A DNA stretch of 63,920 nucleotides, the filler included, from Phoronis australis (Eukaryota > Animalia > Phoronida): the NCBI GenBank assembly GCA_002633005.1. It is 7 parts of 7 records of this genome, joined end to end, with 100 filler letters (N's around TTAATTAATTAA, not from the genome) between each part and the next. Parts side by side here need not be neighbours in the genome. Positions count along the whole stretch, not along the records: positions 12,770 to 34,964 come from NMRA01000055.1; 6 more parts are not named here. The stretch is one strand, 5' to 3'. Shown piece by piece: positions 12,780 to 24,129 of this stretch (the first letter of the stretch is position 1; each line of letters starts with the position of its first letter). A program made the translations under genes and the position numbers. The notes beneath the pieces were generated by a model, which saw only the letters and a program-made list of their open reading frames with translations, was not told the DNA's origin and did not search any database.

Positions 12780-13383
12780 ACAATTTAGGACAACAAGTGC
12801 CAACATGCAGCTCAGGTAACATCCATAGAGTGAAGTGAGAGATACATAGAATATGGTCAGTAGCTGGTCATCACCATAGCTGCAGGGTTACAGAGCTCTG
12901 CATGTTATTCAGAGAATCAGTGGCATGCTGGTTCTGAATGGCCAATGACTCTTTAATGTACAGTAACTCCTTATTGAGTTCTCTGCAGATAATACTAACA
13001 GAGTTGGCTTGGTGATTGTAGCTAATACAATGCCTATATACGTTACTTTTCTCTGAGGTGTAATGTTCCTTCAACCTGTCACAGAGGCGTCTCTGTGTGA
13101 GTCCTACATTTATATAGAATTCCTTACAGTTGTCACATTCAACCTTATACACAACATTGCTCTTGTTCAATAAAGGGAAGGGTGACTTCAGCTTACACAG
13201 CATATTGGAAAGTTTCCGAAGGGGTTTGAAAACAACTATCAGTTCAACTGCTGGTTTTATGCAATGAATAAGGCGAGATAATTGGCGTTTCAATTTTATA
13301 CTACTTGGCCCGGTGTAACCAAGAGAAACGAAAACTTTCTTTTTCTCGGGTCCAATAACAGCTATCTCATCTGCCTCATTCAT
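12780..13383 (-). mobile_element. Penelope-like retroelement 3' fragment (GIY-YIG endonuclease)
   Basis: ORF 12871-13383 contains LGYTG...KSNVVYKVECDNCKEFYINVGLTQRRLCDRLKEH...VYRHC...IKESLAI...LNN, a PLE-type GIY-YIG with the CxxC...H...H pattern. Confidence 0.85.
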
Positions 13384-15211
13384 TTGTGAAAGAAAGTGCC
13401 TATGTTTTTCCAGTTATTGCGTTCCAATGGTTACCCTCGGAATTTTCTGAATAGCTGTAAAAGGCACCGGATTCCAACCTGGCCTGTCTGTGCATGCGCA
13501 AAGTCGGATTGGGAAGAAATTTCACGGGGAAGAAATTTCACGTGACACCGGCTTACCAAATAACTCCATACGTTCCGTTAAGTGTGTGAGCTTGTTCATG
13601 GCGCCTCTCTAGTATTTCTTCATTACTGTATTACTGTTCGAATTAATAGCCTGTAAAACTTAACGATCCACCTGCGAAGTCGGGACTGATGAGCTCTAGC
13701 TCGTCCTAAGTCGGCCCGGGGATTGCGAGATGCCATGTTGGCGTTTATTACTGAGCGTTCTGTTTCAAAATGAATTATTCTCACCCTAACCAATACTTAT
13801 ATAAAACTGAAACAAAATCCGTCTAATTAGATGCAATTTGTAATGCCTTTGGAGTGTTCGTGAGTGCAAATGATTTGAGAAGCCAGCAATGAATAAATCA
13901 CTGCGTTACCGGCTTCAGCTGCAATAAAACTAATTGACGGGACACCGAGGCCGTGTGAGCTCATGCTAATTGAGTGTTTGCTGGCAGAAACTGTTATGAA
14001 ATAACTCGATTTTCATCCCACGGCCAGGTGTTAGGGGAATCTTTATTTACATTTACATTACTCAAATAATAATAATTTTCAATGTAAAACTTCTGCCCTG
14101 ACGGTGCTGTGGCCAAAGAGGAACTTGAATTCGCGGCCCCCGACGAGTAAGTAGATTTGCAGTTTCGTGGCTAATTCGCCAACATAATCACGTGCACATT
14201 ACTTTGGCTCACTAGTATAGTATTTCCTTGACTGGAAGTTTAGTTTCCACTGAACTTTGACTGGTTTATGTTCGTGATGTCTGATCAGTTTCCGAGCCAC
14301 TGGCCGGGATGACGAGACAATCCGGCCGGCAGCGACGGGCCTGATCGGGCTCCGAGCCACTGGCCAGGATAACAAGCGTTTTGTGTTTAGAAATCACAAG
14401 TCTAAACAACACAGATCTAGGTTCTCCTGTCTGTATCTCACGGAATATACTTCGAAATTATCTCCGAACAGACCGCAAACTCCTGCTACGCGGGGACCTT
14501 ATTGGCCTGCCGAACTTTGTAGGCTACGGTGTGTCCAAATACCAATAAATCCGTAAGAGCAAAATAAAACAACACGTTTTTATAAGAACTCGGTGTATTT
14601 AGTAAGAATTTTACATCGAAGTTTGATGATTTATTGGTGTTAAACGATGACTTCAAGCGATAAGCTGACACCAGTAACCCGTGTTGTGAACTGCTAAACA
14701 GACTGCGTGTGAAACCGATGACGTCATTGGATAATTTGCCGTCAGGTGTCAGGTAACGCAACCGTACGTGTCGTTCTGGAGTAGAACTACTCGATCTAAA
14801 TTGATACAAATTAGGTTGTTTTTTGGGGTGGCATGCTCCTTTAAAATTTGATCCAGAATTCTTTGTACTTAGCTCTCTGCAGAAGATTTCCACGTGATTT
14901 GTCGCCTTTAACCTACCTTGTCCATTCGCTTTGCCCAAACTGACGCCAGCCATAATCAAACACCAACGGGTACTTTAGAGCCTATAAGTGGTTAACCTAC
15001 GTGAAAATAATCTCACCCATCAATACGTTGCACGTGACTCAAAGTTGCTTTAGGGCGACCTCACTTAATGCACAAACTCTAGCAAATCAGCAATGAGGAA
15101 TCCGGGCCCCTACGCCACCAAAGGTTTTGCTAGTGGTGTTTTTTAACATTTACACTTAATTCACAGGTGCACGTTGTTGTCATTACTAAAGGAGCATCGC
15201 AAGACCGGATC

Positions 15212-15542
15212 ATGGATGGGCGTGACTTATGGCGTTTAAGACAAAACCAATCACTTCTCACTCAAGACATTCCAACCACTGAAATTTGCCAGAAATTGAT
15301 AAGTGGGCCGCATCGCCTTTTTAGACAAAATGACAAAGAAAGAGTCGAATCCCAACCTACGGCTATGGAGAAAAATTCATTATTGCTGGATATTCTTGGT
15401 ACAAAAGGTCCCAAAGCATACGCGATATTCCGGTCATTTCTTGAGGAGCTAAGGCTGGATCATCTCGTTGAAGCTCTTGATGAGACTAAATTTACTGACT
15501 ACATACCTGAAGGTACTGAAGTGACCGACTACGTACCTGGAG
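15212..15542 (+). CDS. Coding exon 1 of a CARD-domain protein (death-fold; 282 aa over three exons)
   Basis: Acceptor ttcacAG at 15165-15166, ATG at 15212. MDGRDLWRLRQNQSLLTQDI..EICQKLIS..LFRQNDKERVESQPTAMEKNSLLLDILGTKGPKAYAIFRSFLEELRLDHLVEALDE fits the CARD pattern (LLDxLxxKGxxAYxxF). Donor GAG|GTAAGT at 15543, phase 1. Confidence 0.9.
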
Positions 15543-15680
15543 GTAAGTGACCGACCACGTACCTGGAGGTAAGTGACCGACTACGTACCTGGGGATAAGT
15601 GACTGACTACGTACCTGGAGGTAAGTGACCGCCTACGTACCTGGAGGTGAGTGACCGACTACGTGCCTGGAGGTAAATTG
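15494..15680 (+). repeat. 26-bp tandem repeat containing the 5' splice site (GTAAGTGACCGACTACGTACCTGGAG) x ~7
   Basis: Donor-like positions at 15513 (GTACTG, 30-bp unit), 15543 (GTAAGT), 15569 (GTAAGT), 15595 (ATAAGT, dead), 15621 (GTAAGT), 15647 (GTGAGT) and 15673 (GTAAAT). Confidence 0.95.
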
Positions 15681-15718
15681 ACTAGACCATCATTGGCGAA
15701 GATGACGCAGGCGCCCAT

Positions 15719-17229
15719 AGACCTAATTCACGCGGAGGACATTAAAATCCAAACTGAGGCACACTGCGATAAACAAAGCGAAAGTTGACATTGCCCGAGT
15801 TAAATGGCAGGTCTTTCGAGTCTAACCTGGATATTAAATCTTAAAAATGTGTCGACAATTAAACACAGAGACATCGAAAAATAGATTAGAGAACATGTCA
15901 ATGCACAAAGAATTGTCTGATGAAAGGGTATAATTTCTTTGGGAAACTATTTTCGAAACATGAAAAGTGAATATGATCAAATTGCGGCGATGGTAGTGTT
16001 ACGGATTACGTATTATGCTGAATGCAGGGTTACGCATCTTCTTGTAATTAAATTGTTGATAAAAAAGCTTTATACACGAACCAGGTCATCTGCTCGTATT
16101 GTTGACGAGTTGAAGATATATTCGACAGTGGTGGCTCATTGCATTTTGCTGCCATATGCAAGTAGTCACACCTGGTTTAATTTGTTGATCAAGAATGTTA
16201 ACATCAAGCATAGCCTGATCCTGGTGAAGTAGGGACTACTGGGACTAATAGTTGATTTGTCATTGAACTGAAAGAATATTTGATGTTATTAAATATATTT
16301 TTAATTAAAATAAAAAACAGGCTCGTAAATGAAAATAAAAATTATTTGACCATCAATTCTGCTTTCTTGGTTTTAATAATCATTCTTGCTACTATTTCAT
16401 GTGTCAAGTTTCAAATATCAATCTTGACCAATTTGAATTTTAAAATTAAATCACCTAATTCGTTCGCCCAAAGCATAACCTCGTTTTACAACTCGATTCA
16501 GTTAACTGGATGGAGCAATCACAGTTATCATGTTTTCAGGAGCCTCGTTCATCCGAGGCCGCGGAAAGGTGCCTGTGCCTTCTGAAAGAGTTTTTCGCTG
16601 ACTGAGGGGAAAAATTTACCTCCCGATCACCATCAATAGCACCTCCGCCGATTGCAAGCTCTCATAGGCTTTGTCTCAGTTTAAAGTAACATTTTATGCT
16701 CTTTCAAATTGTCACCTGTGTGGTTACAGGTGATTTGAACTTTGGATCGATAGGGGAATTTTTAGGCCTCGTGGGGTAATTTCGCGTGACTTTTTAATAT
16801 TTTTAGAGGGAAATAGGGCCGATATTCGGCCCCAAAATCGAGGGATTGAGGGCCTTGTCCTTTTTGGAAAGAAAAAATGCATCATGTTTCAACCCGTAGT
16901 CATGAGCCTGGCTGGCCGAAGATTCTCCGGTAGTTGCTATCGATGCTTGACAACCGAGATGCGACAAAATATGATCTTAACTTTTCGAAAACAGTTATAA
17001 ATTTTACACAGACATATTTTCCTTCGTCGTGGCGTATGGCAACGACCCAATGCTTCCGAACCTCAACGTCCTTAGGGATTGTAAAGCAGACAGCTGAGTG
17101 TCCGTATTTTTTCTAGCCGTTCGAGTAACGCGGCCCTACACCACTATGCCGATATATATAATAAGCTAACACAGCTATCGTAGCGAGCCTCGTTTTGGAA
17201 CGCGCCTCCTGTCGGCGTGAATTGGGTCT
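15719..17229 (-). mobile_element. Non-autonomous DNA transposon, ISL2EU/PIF-like, copy 1 (in intron 1 of the CARD gene)
   Basis: TIRs AGACCTAATTCACGC / GCGTGAATTGGGTCT (1 mismatch), AT on both flanks. Inverted homologue at 26921-27941. Contains a decayed THAP-like segment. Confidence 0.75.
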
Positions 17230-17919
17230 ATATGCGAACAAAGAACAGGCGTACGTGTACGTTCAGCAAGGTTATGACCTACGCTTGGACCAAGCTAAAA
17301 TCTAGCTAAAGTTGTGTGTCCTCATTTAAAATACACAGTAATATCTCAAGTTATCTCACGAAATTTTGCTTTTTAGCGAGGCCCCAGCGTTATTGAACAG
17401 GAGGCTGATTTGTTTGCTTATTTGCAGGGATTTTACGATAAGTGCCAATAGCCCTTCAGAACGCACTTTCTGCAATTATCGTGGAATTAAAATAAATTAG
17501 ATTGAAGTAAATTACGTACTACTATAAATAGTTTTAAGTTGTAGTATGGACATTTTAAAGTTGGTTTGGAGTTTTTAATATGTTTATCAATTTATAAGAA
17601 TTCACATCAAATTAGTTACTTGTCTGGTTTTGCTTCGTTGGTAATTTCTTTGACGAACCATAATGTACTGTAGCTCATATGGGGGTAATGAATTAATGGT
17701 TTAATGGGTTGAAATTGAAATACACGATGTAGTATTACTGTTGTCTGTTCTTTGAATACTATCGTGGGTGGCGTAGCACTCATGGGAGCGCTATAGCCAC
17801 CCATGGCCATAATAGCCGGCCCAGCACTGAAATAAATGGGTTGGGGGAGGCTATAGCTCCCCAGCATCTTATGGTGTACTGCCCATGAATATGCGTTGTA
17901 GTTTTATGCTGCATTACAG

Positions 17920-18053
17920 AGCAGATTCTTCTTCTAGGCCAGGATATAAATCCAAAAAATGTACATATTAACATGGCTGAAAGCATACGAGCACCGGAGA
18001 ACAGACGATCTGGAATTGGGATGTTTTTTGGCTACTTGACTGGGAAATCTCCA
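17920..18053 (+). CDS. Coding exon 2 (linker) of the CARD-domain protein
   Basis: Acceptor ttttatgctgcattacAG, donor CCA|GTAAGT. The 134 nt convert phase 1 to phase 0 exactly as needed to join exons 1 and 3. Open frame (E)QILLLGQDINPKNVHINMAESIRAPENRRSGIGMFFGYLTGKSP. Confidence 0.75.
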
Positions 18054-19579
18054 GTAAGTATTCAAAGCTTGATCACGTTGACGAGCCTGTCTTGCGATTC
18101 ATATGGACCTGACATACAGTGTATCATTTGCACGACTACTTCATAATGTCAAAGACTTAGTGTTAATAAACCCTTTGCCTCTAACATGAACAGGAAACGA
18201 GACATCCGTGTTCCGCAAATACGTATGATGCATGCATCTTTCGACTACATTCCATCCCCGAAAGTTAAAAAATATACCTTTTAAAATAAACCTCAGTCAC
18301 CTGAATCGCTCTCATTTCTTTTTGTACGTGACCTCATGTCCTGTGCAAATACATGTAGGTTCTAAATTCAAATAACGGTGACATTGGTTCTATAAATTCT
18401 CTCAACTGTAAGTAAAGGTTATAGAGTCTGGAAATTCCTAGAAATTTGGTCTTACCCTACCACTTCACAATTATACATTGCGCTTTTCAACCATTTTTCT
18501 ATTTTTTCGGTTTCCTAGTTTTTCTGACCTTTAAGGAATTCTTCTGCAATTTGAATTCTAGTAAAATCTCGTATAGTTCTCTTTGCGTACATTAGTTGTT
18601 CGAGATTATATGCATTTCTTTTCAGAGTGCAGCTTTTCAACGTTGAACGATTGCTCAGTTCAAATCAGCCCGTACTTTGAATAATTAATCTTGCTTGAAC
18701 TTTCACCTGCATGCCTTGGGTGAGATGAATGAGAGTTTCTGGTGCGCCCAGTACCCAAAGTTTATTATCTGTTACACCTATAATTAGGGACATGTATTGA
18801 ATGATGTCGAATTGCTTTTCTGGCTTCTCGAGGGTTTGAGCTACCTCAGTTTTGGGGGGTCATTTTGGGGTCACTGCCGGGTCTTTCCTGAGAGTGGTTT
18901 GCCTGTCATGGGTCATTCGATCAGTGCTCAATAGGACACGATTGTTCATTTTAAATCAGTTTTCGTTGACTCAGAGTGCAGTGCCGGGTTGCACGAAACA
19001 GTCCCAAATAGGGATTCAGCTAAGTATCCTAAATTTTTTGTGTATCTGTATTTTTGTTTGCTCAGAGATCTAATATTTTTCTACCACTTCATCTTTATTA
19101 TGACCTCTTCATCGACTTATGGCAATTTCAAAAAATAAATAGGGACTTGGTCCTTAGGTTAGGGGCATTGCATAAAAAGATCTCTAAATATTTTTAATAA
19201 TATTGCGAATAAAATGTCTGAAGTCGTACTTCAAGTCTCGCTTGATGAACAAAAATGACAAAATGAAAATAAAACAATGAAATTAGGTTTTACTTGATAA
19301 ATACAACACTCGATCAAAACTCAGTCGAGCAGACAGCCAAAAGCTCAGTGCAAACTCTCACCGTAAATCTCGGGGTCGCAAGCTATAACGATAAAATACA
19401 TTGATCAAGCGAAAGAGTTGACCTTCCAGGGCCCTGACGTGCGGTTCATGCTATTAGTGCTTTTGGTCGTCAGTTTATTTAAGCGTATTGGAATCTAAAA
19501 ATTGCGATATAGATTGGTGCAAACATGCAAAATGTTGGTTTGTCCATTGGTTACACATGCATATATTATATTTTTTCAG

Positions 19580-19963
19580 GCCAGATATGAAGTTTTCTTT
19601 GAAAGTCTCAATACCCGTGAACGCCTCCCGGATGGTGACCGTGTCATTGTGATAACTTCTGAAGGAACGTGTTCTAAGGATCGCGTCCAGCTGTCGCTTG
19701 AGCTTGGTAAAAGTATCACCTGGTGGAAAGCAATCAAACTGCTTCCGAAAACCAAGTCAAAATATGGTCCGTTTTTGGTTGAAATTCAAGACGACCAACT
19801 ACCGGTTCAATTCGAAATAGACTTAACTGTTCTTGAGAACAATCACGTGTTGCTTTGCAAAGCGAAGACACTTGGCATTAAAAAGACGATGTACGTTATA
19901 TCAGACGCTGCATTTTCAATGAAAGGAGGAAATCGTTACACATTTCAATGGGAGCAAGACTAA
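19580..19963 (+). CDS. Coding exon 3 of the CARD-domain protein: uncharacterised ~127-aa, probably beta-rich C-terminal domain
   Basis: Acceptor ttttttcAG, phase 0. Encodes ARYEVFFESLNTRERLPDGDRVIVITSEGTCSKDRVQLSLELGKSITWWKAIKLL...LLCKAKTLGIKKTMYVISDAAFSMKGGNRYTFQWEQD*, with globular composition and no disruptions. Confidence 0.8.
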   Translation, partial: ARYEVFFESLNTRERLPDGDRVIVITSEGTCSKDRVQLSLELGKSITWWKAIKLLPKTKSKYGPFLVEIQDDQLPVQFEIDLTVLENNHVLLCKAKTLGIKKTMYVISDAAFSMKGGNRYTFQWEQD

Positions 19964-20614
19964 CACCGGAATATTTGCTGCTTGATGCGCCATTTGTTAA
20001 ACATGATAGTGCAGCTAGTGTGTGTTCTGGTTTCTAGGTAATTGTTGTGATAGCCTATACTTGCTAGTTAAATCCTACTTAACAATGTTATTAACAGATA
20101 TTAATAAGGACTTCCCCATCCAGATCTCTGAACCAAAGACAATGCTCTGTAACCCCGGTCAATCTTAAGAAGTTTGGAGAAAATTTGAAAACTCCGTACA
20201 AAGTCTGCTTAACCGGCACGCGTGAGCTACTGTTCAGAGTGGGGAAAGAACAGCCGCCGAGAACCGTAATACCTATTCTGCGACATTGCCAGTTTGTGTT
20301 TTTGTTTGAATTCTGTCGTTATCAATCTAGTGAGAAGCCAACGGTGCATGATCAGGGGAGATAATGAGAATTGGGTTTATTAGGATTTCAAAGTAGGGCA
20401 ACCTGTTTAATAAAATTTTGGTTTCAGGAGCATACCCACAAGGTTGATACGACGTTGTCACTACTAATCCCAATCCAATACAATTAAATGCGAATGGTGA
20501 AAATAATTATACGGGAATTTTCGTACTACCGGTAGCTACTAAACTACTAGTAAATGCTCCGCTGACTGCTCGGGCAAGCAACAACGTGTACAGGGTACAT
20601 CCCAAGGCCCGCTA

Positions 20615-20760
20615 GGCAGGGTTTCAAAAATAGCTATGGGACTCAAAAACCAAATATTTACCTTGTACGCCATGTGCCAGAAATACATCAGCAGGACAGG
20701 AGGTCGCTCTGATTGTACATTCGTAGATTTTGCTAAAGCGTTGGATACAATTTATCATAT
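20615..20760 (+). mobile_element. Short non-LTR retrotransposon RT fragment
   Basis: QAGF...QIFTLYAMCQKYI...CTFVDFAKALDTIYH matches the LINE RT motif FVDFxKAFD. Confidence 0.65.
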
Positions 20761-22465
20761 TAGCATTATTTTTTATGAAAAACATCTGTTAAAACGTAAA
20801 AGGACACTAAACTTGTTTAGATGATTTCAACCAATCCTCGTTCTGTCACCTGCTCATGCATCATTGGCATCAATCTTCCATGTTAAAGACAGGAATCAAG
20901 TAAAAACTCATACTCCCTTTCTCACAAAGTGGATATTGTGGTCCTTGGTGGGTGATATTTTGCCTCAGTTACCGTGTAATTCGCCAAAAGCGTAGGCCAC
21001 GCTTTCCCATTGAGCATACTTTTTAAAGAGTTTTCAAACCTTCCTCCAAACTTTTGAGGTCTGTCGCCGTTACGGAGCATTATTTTGTTTTTGAGAACTG
21101 GATAGGAAAGTCGTTTTTAGTATCTGTTAACAGGTCATACCAGGATTTGCTATCATTATAGCATACACGATACGTGATTAAATCCTACAATCAATGTACG
21201 GCAAATTGCGTACTTGCATAAAAACACCACAAGGTCTCACTAACTATTTGCATTGTGAAATAGGGACACGGATAAGTCCTTTCTTATTTTTGATGTAATT
21301 AAATGCATTTTCGGACAATGTTAAAACGGCTTCTATACGAGATATATCTGAGACAGACGACATACCATATTCATTTATTACTGTACATGTGTGTAGGCTA
21401 TATGATGTTATATGGTGCTTCGCACCGGTACCAACTAGTGTAACGGAATCAGGTTAGCCGGGTTTACACTAGACATGGGAAGTTGCCCTGGCGATACATG
21501 CTTAACTTAGGAAACAAAAATATTACCTAAAAACTGTGCTGTTATCTATATTTTTAAGTATTATTTGCTATTATCATCCAATTTTTTTCTTTATCGAATT
21601 TTTGTTGAACGCCGTTGTTATAGTTATTTCACCGTACACAAATGTGATGGTGGTAATACCATGAAGTAGATACACACTTTGTGTCTTTATTATCACACCT
21701 CCAATTTACATGTACAGATCTATTCATGAATGAACGTTTCACTTGTTTAGCTGTAGTGAACAAAGTCCTCACGGCTAAATCACAATCAAGGTCCATATTC
21801 GAGAGTCGGCTGTGTTACGGGCTAAAAAATTAATCAATTTTCTTGGACATTTACCAAATGCCAACTGAATCTCATACAAATACACAAAGGGTTATTTAGT
21901 TGTGCAAATTAAGAAAAGAATCATCAAAATCGGACAGTGTTTGAAAAATTTATGCATGTTTTTATCTATGAATTTCATGCATTTTTAGCATTACGAGTGA
22001 CCATTTTAAAAAATCCAATTTTCAACCCGCAACGTGTCCTTATTACTATACCTCAAATTCACATGTAAAGATTTATTCATGAATGTACGTTTCACGTGTT
22101 TAGCTGTAGTGGCCATTTTAATAATTTTCAACTGTCAACAGTAGAAAAGAAATTAATTCTATTAAGTGAGCGATTGCTTTGATATGACTGGGAATAACTT
22201 TATTCACTTTCAGAGTCCTTTAGATGAAGTTGTGCTTAGTCATTGAGAAATGGTAAGGTTAATCCTAAAACAGGAACTCGTTACGAAATTTGTAAATTCT
22301 GTGTTTCTACCGTCATCTAGTGTAAAAAAGGTTAAAAAGTAAAGTTCACACTCTGTAATAAAAGTAGCTACAGAATGTTTTAGCCTAGGCAAGACAGCCA
22401 ATTATTCAGCATCATAAAAAATAGCTATACAACATTATGTTACCATGTGATGCAGAAACAGTGAC

Positions 22466-23140
22466 GTAGTGTACGTAGCCCTTTTCTTAGTGTACATACC
22501 CCCATGTTTGCAAATACCATGAAATAAAAATATTACTTGGTAAGTGAGCAACATTGGTTACAGACAGTTTCCTTTTTTACAAATGGTAGGTTAAAAAGGC
22601 GTTTATTACAAATACATTTGTTTTGAGTGAAATATTAGCATTTGTGTAATGAACTTACTCCTATGTTTTAATGTGTGCCTATTTTCAAAGAATAACAGAT
22701 ATGTACATGAATGCTGTATTTTATATTTTTCCTCTTTGAATAGATTTAGTAAATAAACTAACTCTCAATGGATTCTTATTATTTAGTTACAAACCTAACA
22801 TGGCATTGAAATGTAGTGTGCGCACCCGTGTAGTGTACGTACCCCGATGTTGACATATACCATGAAACAAAAATATTACGTGGTAAGTAAGCAACATTTG
22901 TCACAGACAGTTTATTCCCTTAAAGTGTTAGTTTAAAGGGTGTTTATTACAAATACATTTGTATTGAGCGAAACGTTGGCATTTGTGTAGTGTATGTGCC
23001 TGTTTTCAAAGAATGGCAGACAGATACGCACATATATGCTGTACTTTTTATTTGTTCTCATTTAATAGATTTGGCAAATGAAATAACTATCAGTATATTC
23101 TACGTACTTTTATAAACCTGATTGAAATGTAGTGTACAGG
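22466..23140. repeat. Diverged tandem duplication, ~360-bp unit x2
   Basis: Both copies start 'gtagtgtacgta', share 'taccatgaaa.aaaaatattac.tggtaagt' and 'gtttattacaaatacatttg', and end 'tgaaatgtagtgt'. Confidence 0.8.
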
Positions 23141-23165
23141 CCTTCAACCTCGATGCTATAAAATA

Positions 23166-23600
23166 TTGCCCACAAGTGTTTATACATACTGTTCTTCTCA
23201 CGTCTTCAGAAAGCGTCTTACCACTCTGCATACTTCCCCTCAAATGAAAAACCTATTTCCTCATCCACCTAAAATTTCTCGGAAAAAATGTAAAAGCTTA
23301 AAAAAATATTTAGTGAGAGCAAATATGGACTATAAAAACCAAACTGATAAGCCTATTTGCAACACACAATGTAACAAATCTAGATGCAAAATGTGTAACT
23401 TTTTCAACGACAATACTTCCTTTCAGGCTTCTCAAACCAATGAAAACTTCGACATAAAACATTATTCAGACCGTACTACCAACAATTACCAAATAACACG
23501 TAGAAAATGTTCCATTCAATATGTAGGGCAAACTCAACATAATCTACAAACTCGGTTTCGCAATCATAGATTGAACATAATATATGAAAACATTTTTGAT
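23166..23600 (+). mobile_element. Penelope-like element fragment (Zn-knuckle linker + GIY-YIG, Neptune-type layout)
   Basis: LKKYLVRA...CNKSRCKMC...TNENFDIK...YQIT..KCSIQYVGQTQHNLQTRFRNHR. Confidence 0.8.
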
Positions 23601-23779
23601 ACTATAGTAATCATTTCACTTTTCGACACACAAGTGTATCCTTTAGAGGATCTGGATAGCCTCTTTTAGTTTCGGATATATTTTCTACGTTATTGAACTT
23701 ACCTGAGATGAAATGGTAACGTATCGCCAGTGCCTGCTAGCATTTTGAAGCCTTTGCAATTTCTGGTGGATTAGGTCGG

Positions 23780-24126
23780 GAAACTTTAGTCAGAATCCCG
23801 GCTGTCTCAGGTGTGTGACAGGTTGAATCTCAAGCCTTCTTCTCTGTTAAAAGATGGCTTTTCAATTACTTCATATATACACTCCATGACTCCCCGTTCA
23901 AACCACTTTTTCTCCTTGTCAAGGATTAGGGCAGTATCAAGATCAAAGCCGTGACCATGATTCTTGACAGTAGGCAAATGCGGCAGAGCCATTCAGCTCT
24001 GTAGGTGTCACCGTAGTGACGCCGACGATGTTGGGACAACCGTGCTTTCAATGATCGCTTAGTTTCACCTACATAAGTTTCATCGCACTCTCCACGCTGC
24101 ATTCCATAGACCACATTACACATGTA
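23780..24126 (-). mobile_element. Second Penelope-like GIY-YIG fragment (frameshifted)
   Basis: CNVVYGMQRGECDETYVGETKRSLKARLSQHRR, then HGHGFDLDTALILDKEKKWFERGVMECIYE..EKPSFNREEG. Confidence 0.8.
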
Positions 24127-24129
24127 GCT

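Noticed and set aside
14486-14959. 157-aa minus-strand ORF
   Set aside because: No recognisable motif or splice support. It overlaps the likely promoter/repeat region upstream of the CARD gene.
15167-15211. GTG-initiated N-terminal extension of the CARD ORF
   Set aside because: The GTG is the first codon after a splice acceptor. ATG 15212 coincides with the start of the CARD. An upstream coding exon cannot be excluded, but I have no evidence for one.
15494-15680. 26-bp repeats as a CRISPR array
   Set aside because: The units are directly adjacent with no spacers.
19502-19579. N-terminal part of ORF 19502-19963
   Set aside because: It is intronic: it contains the polypyrimidine tract and AG acceptor at 19578-19579.
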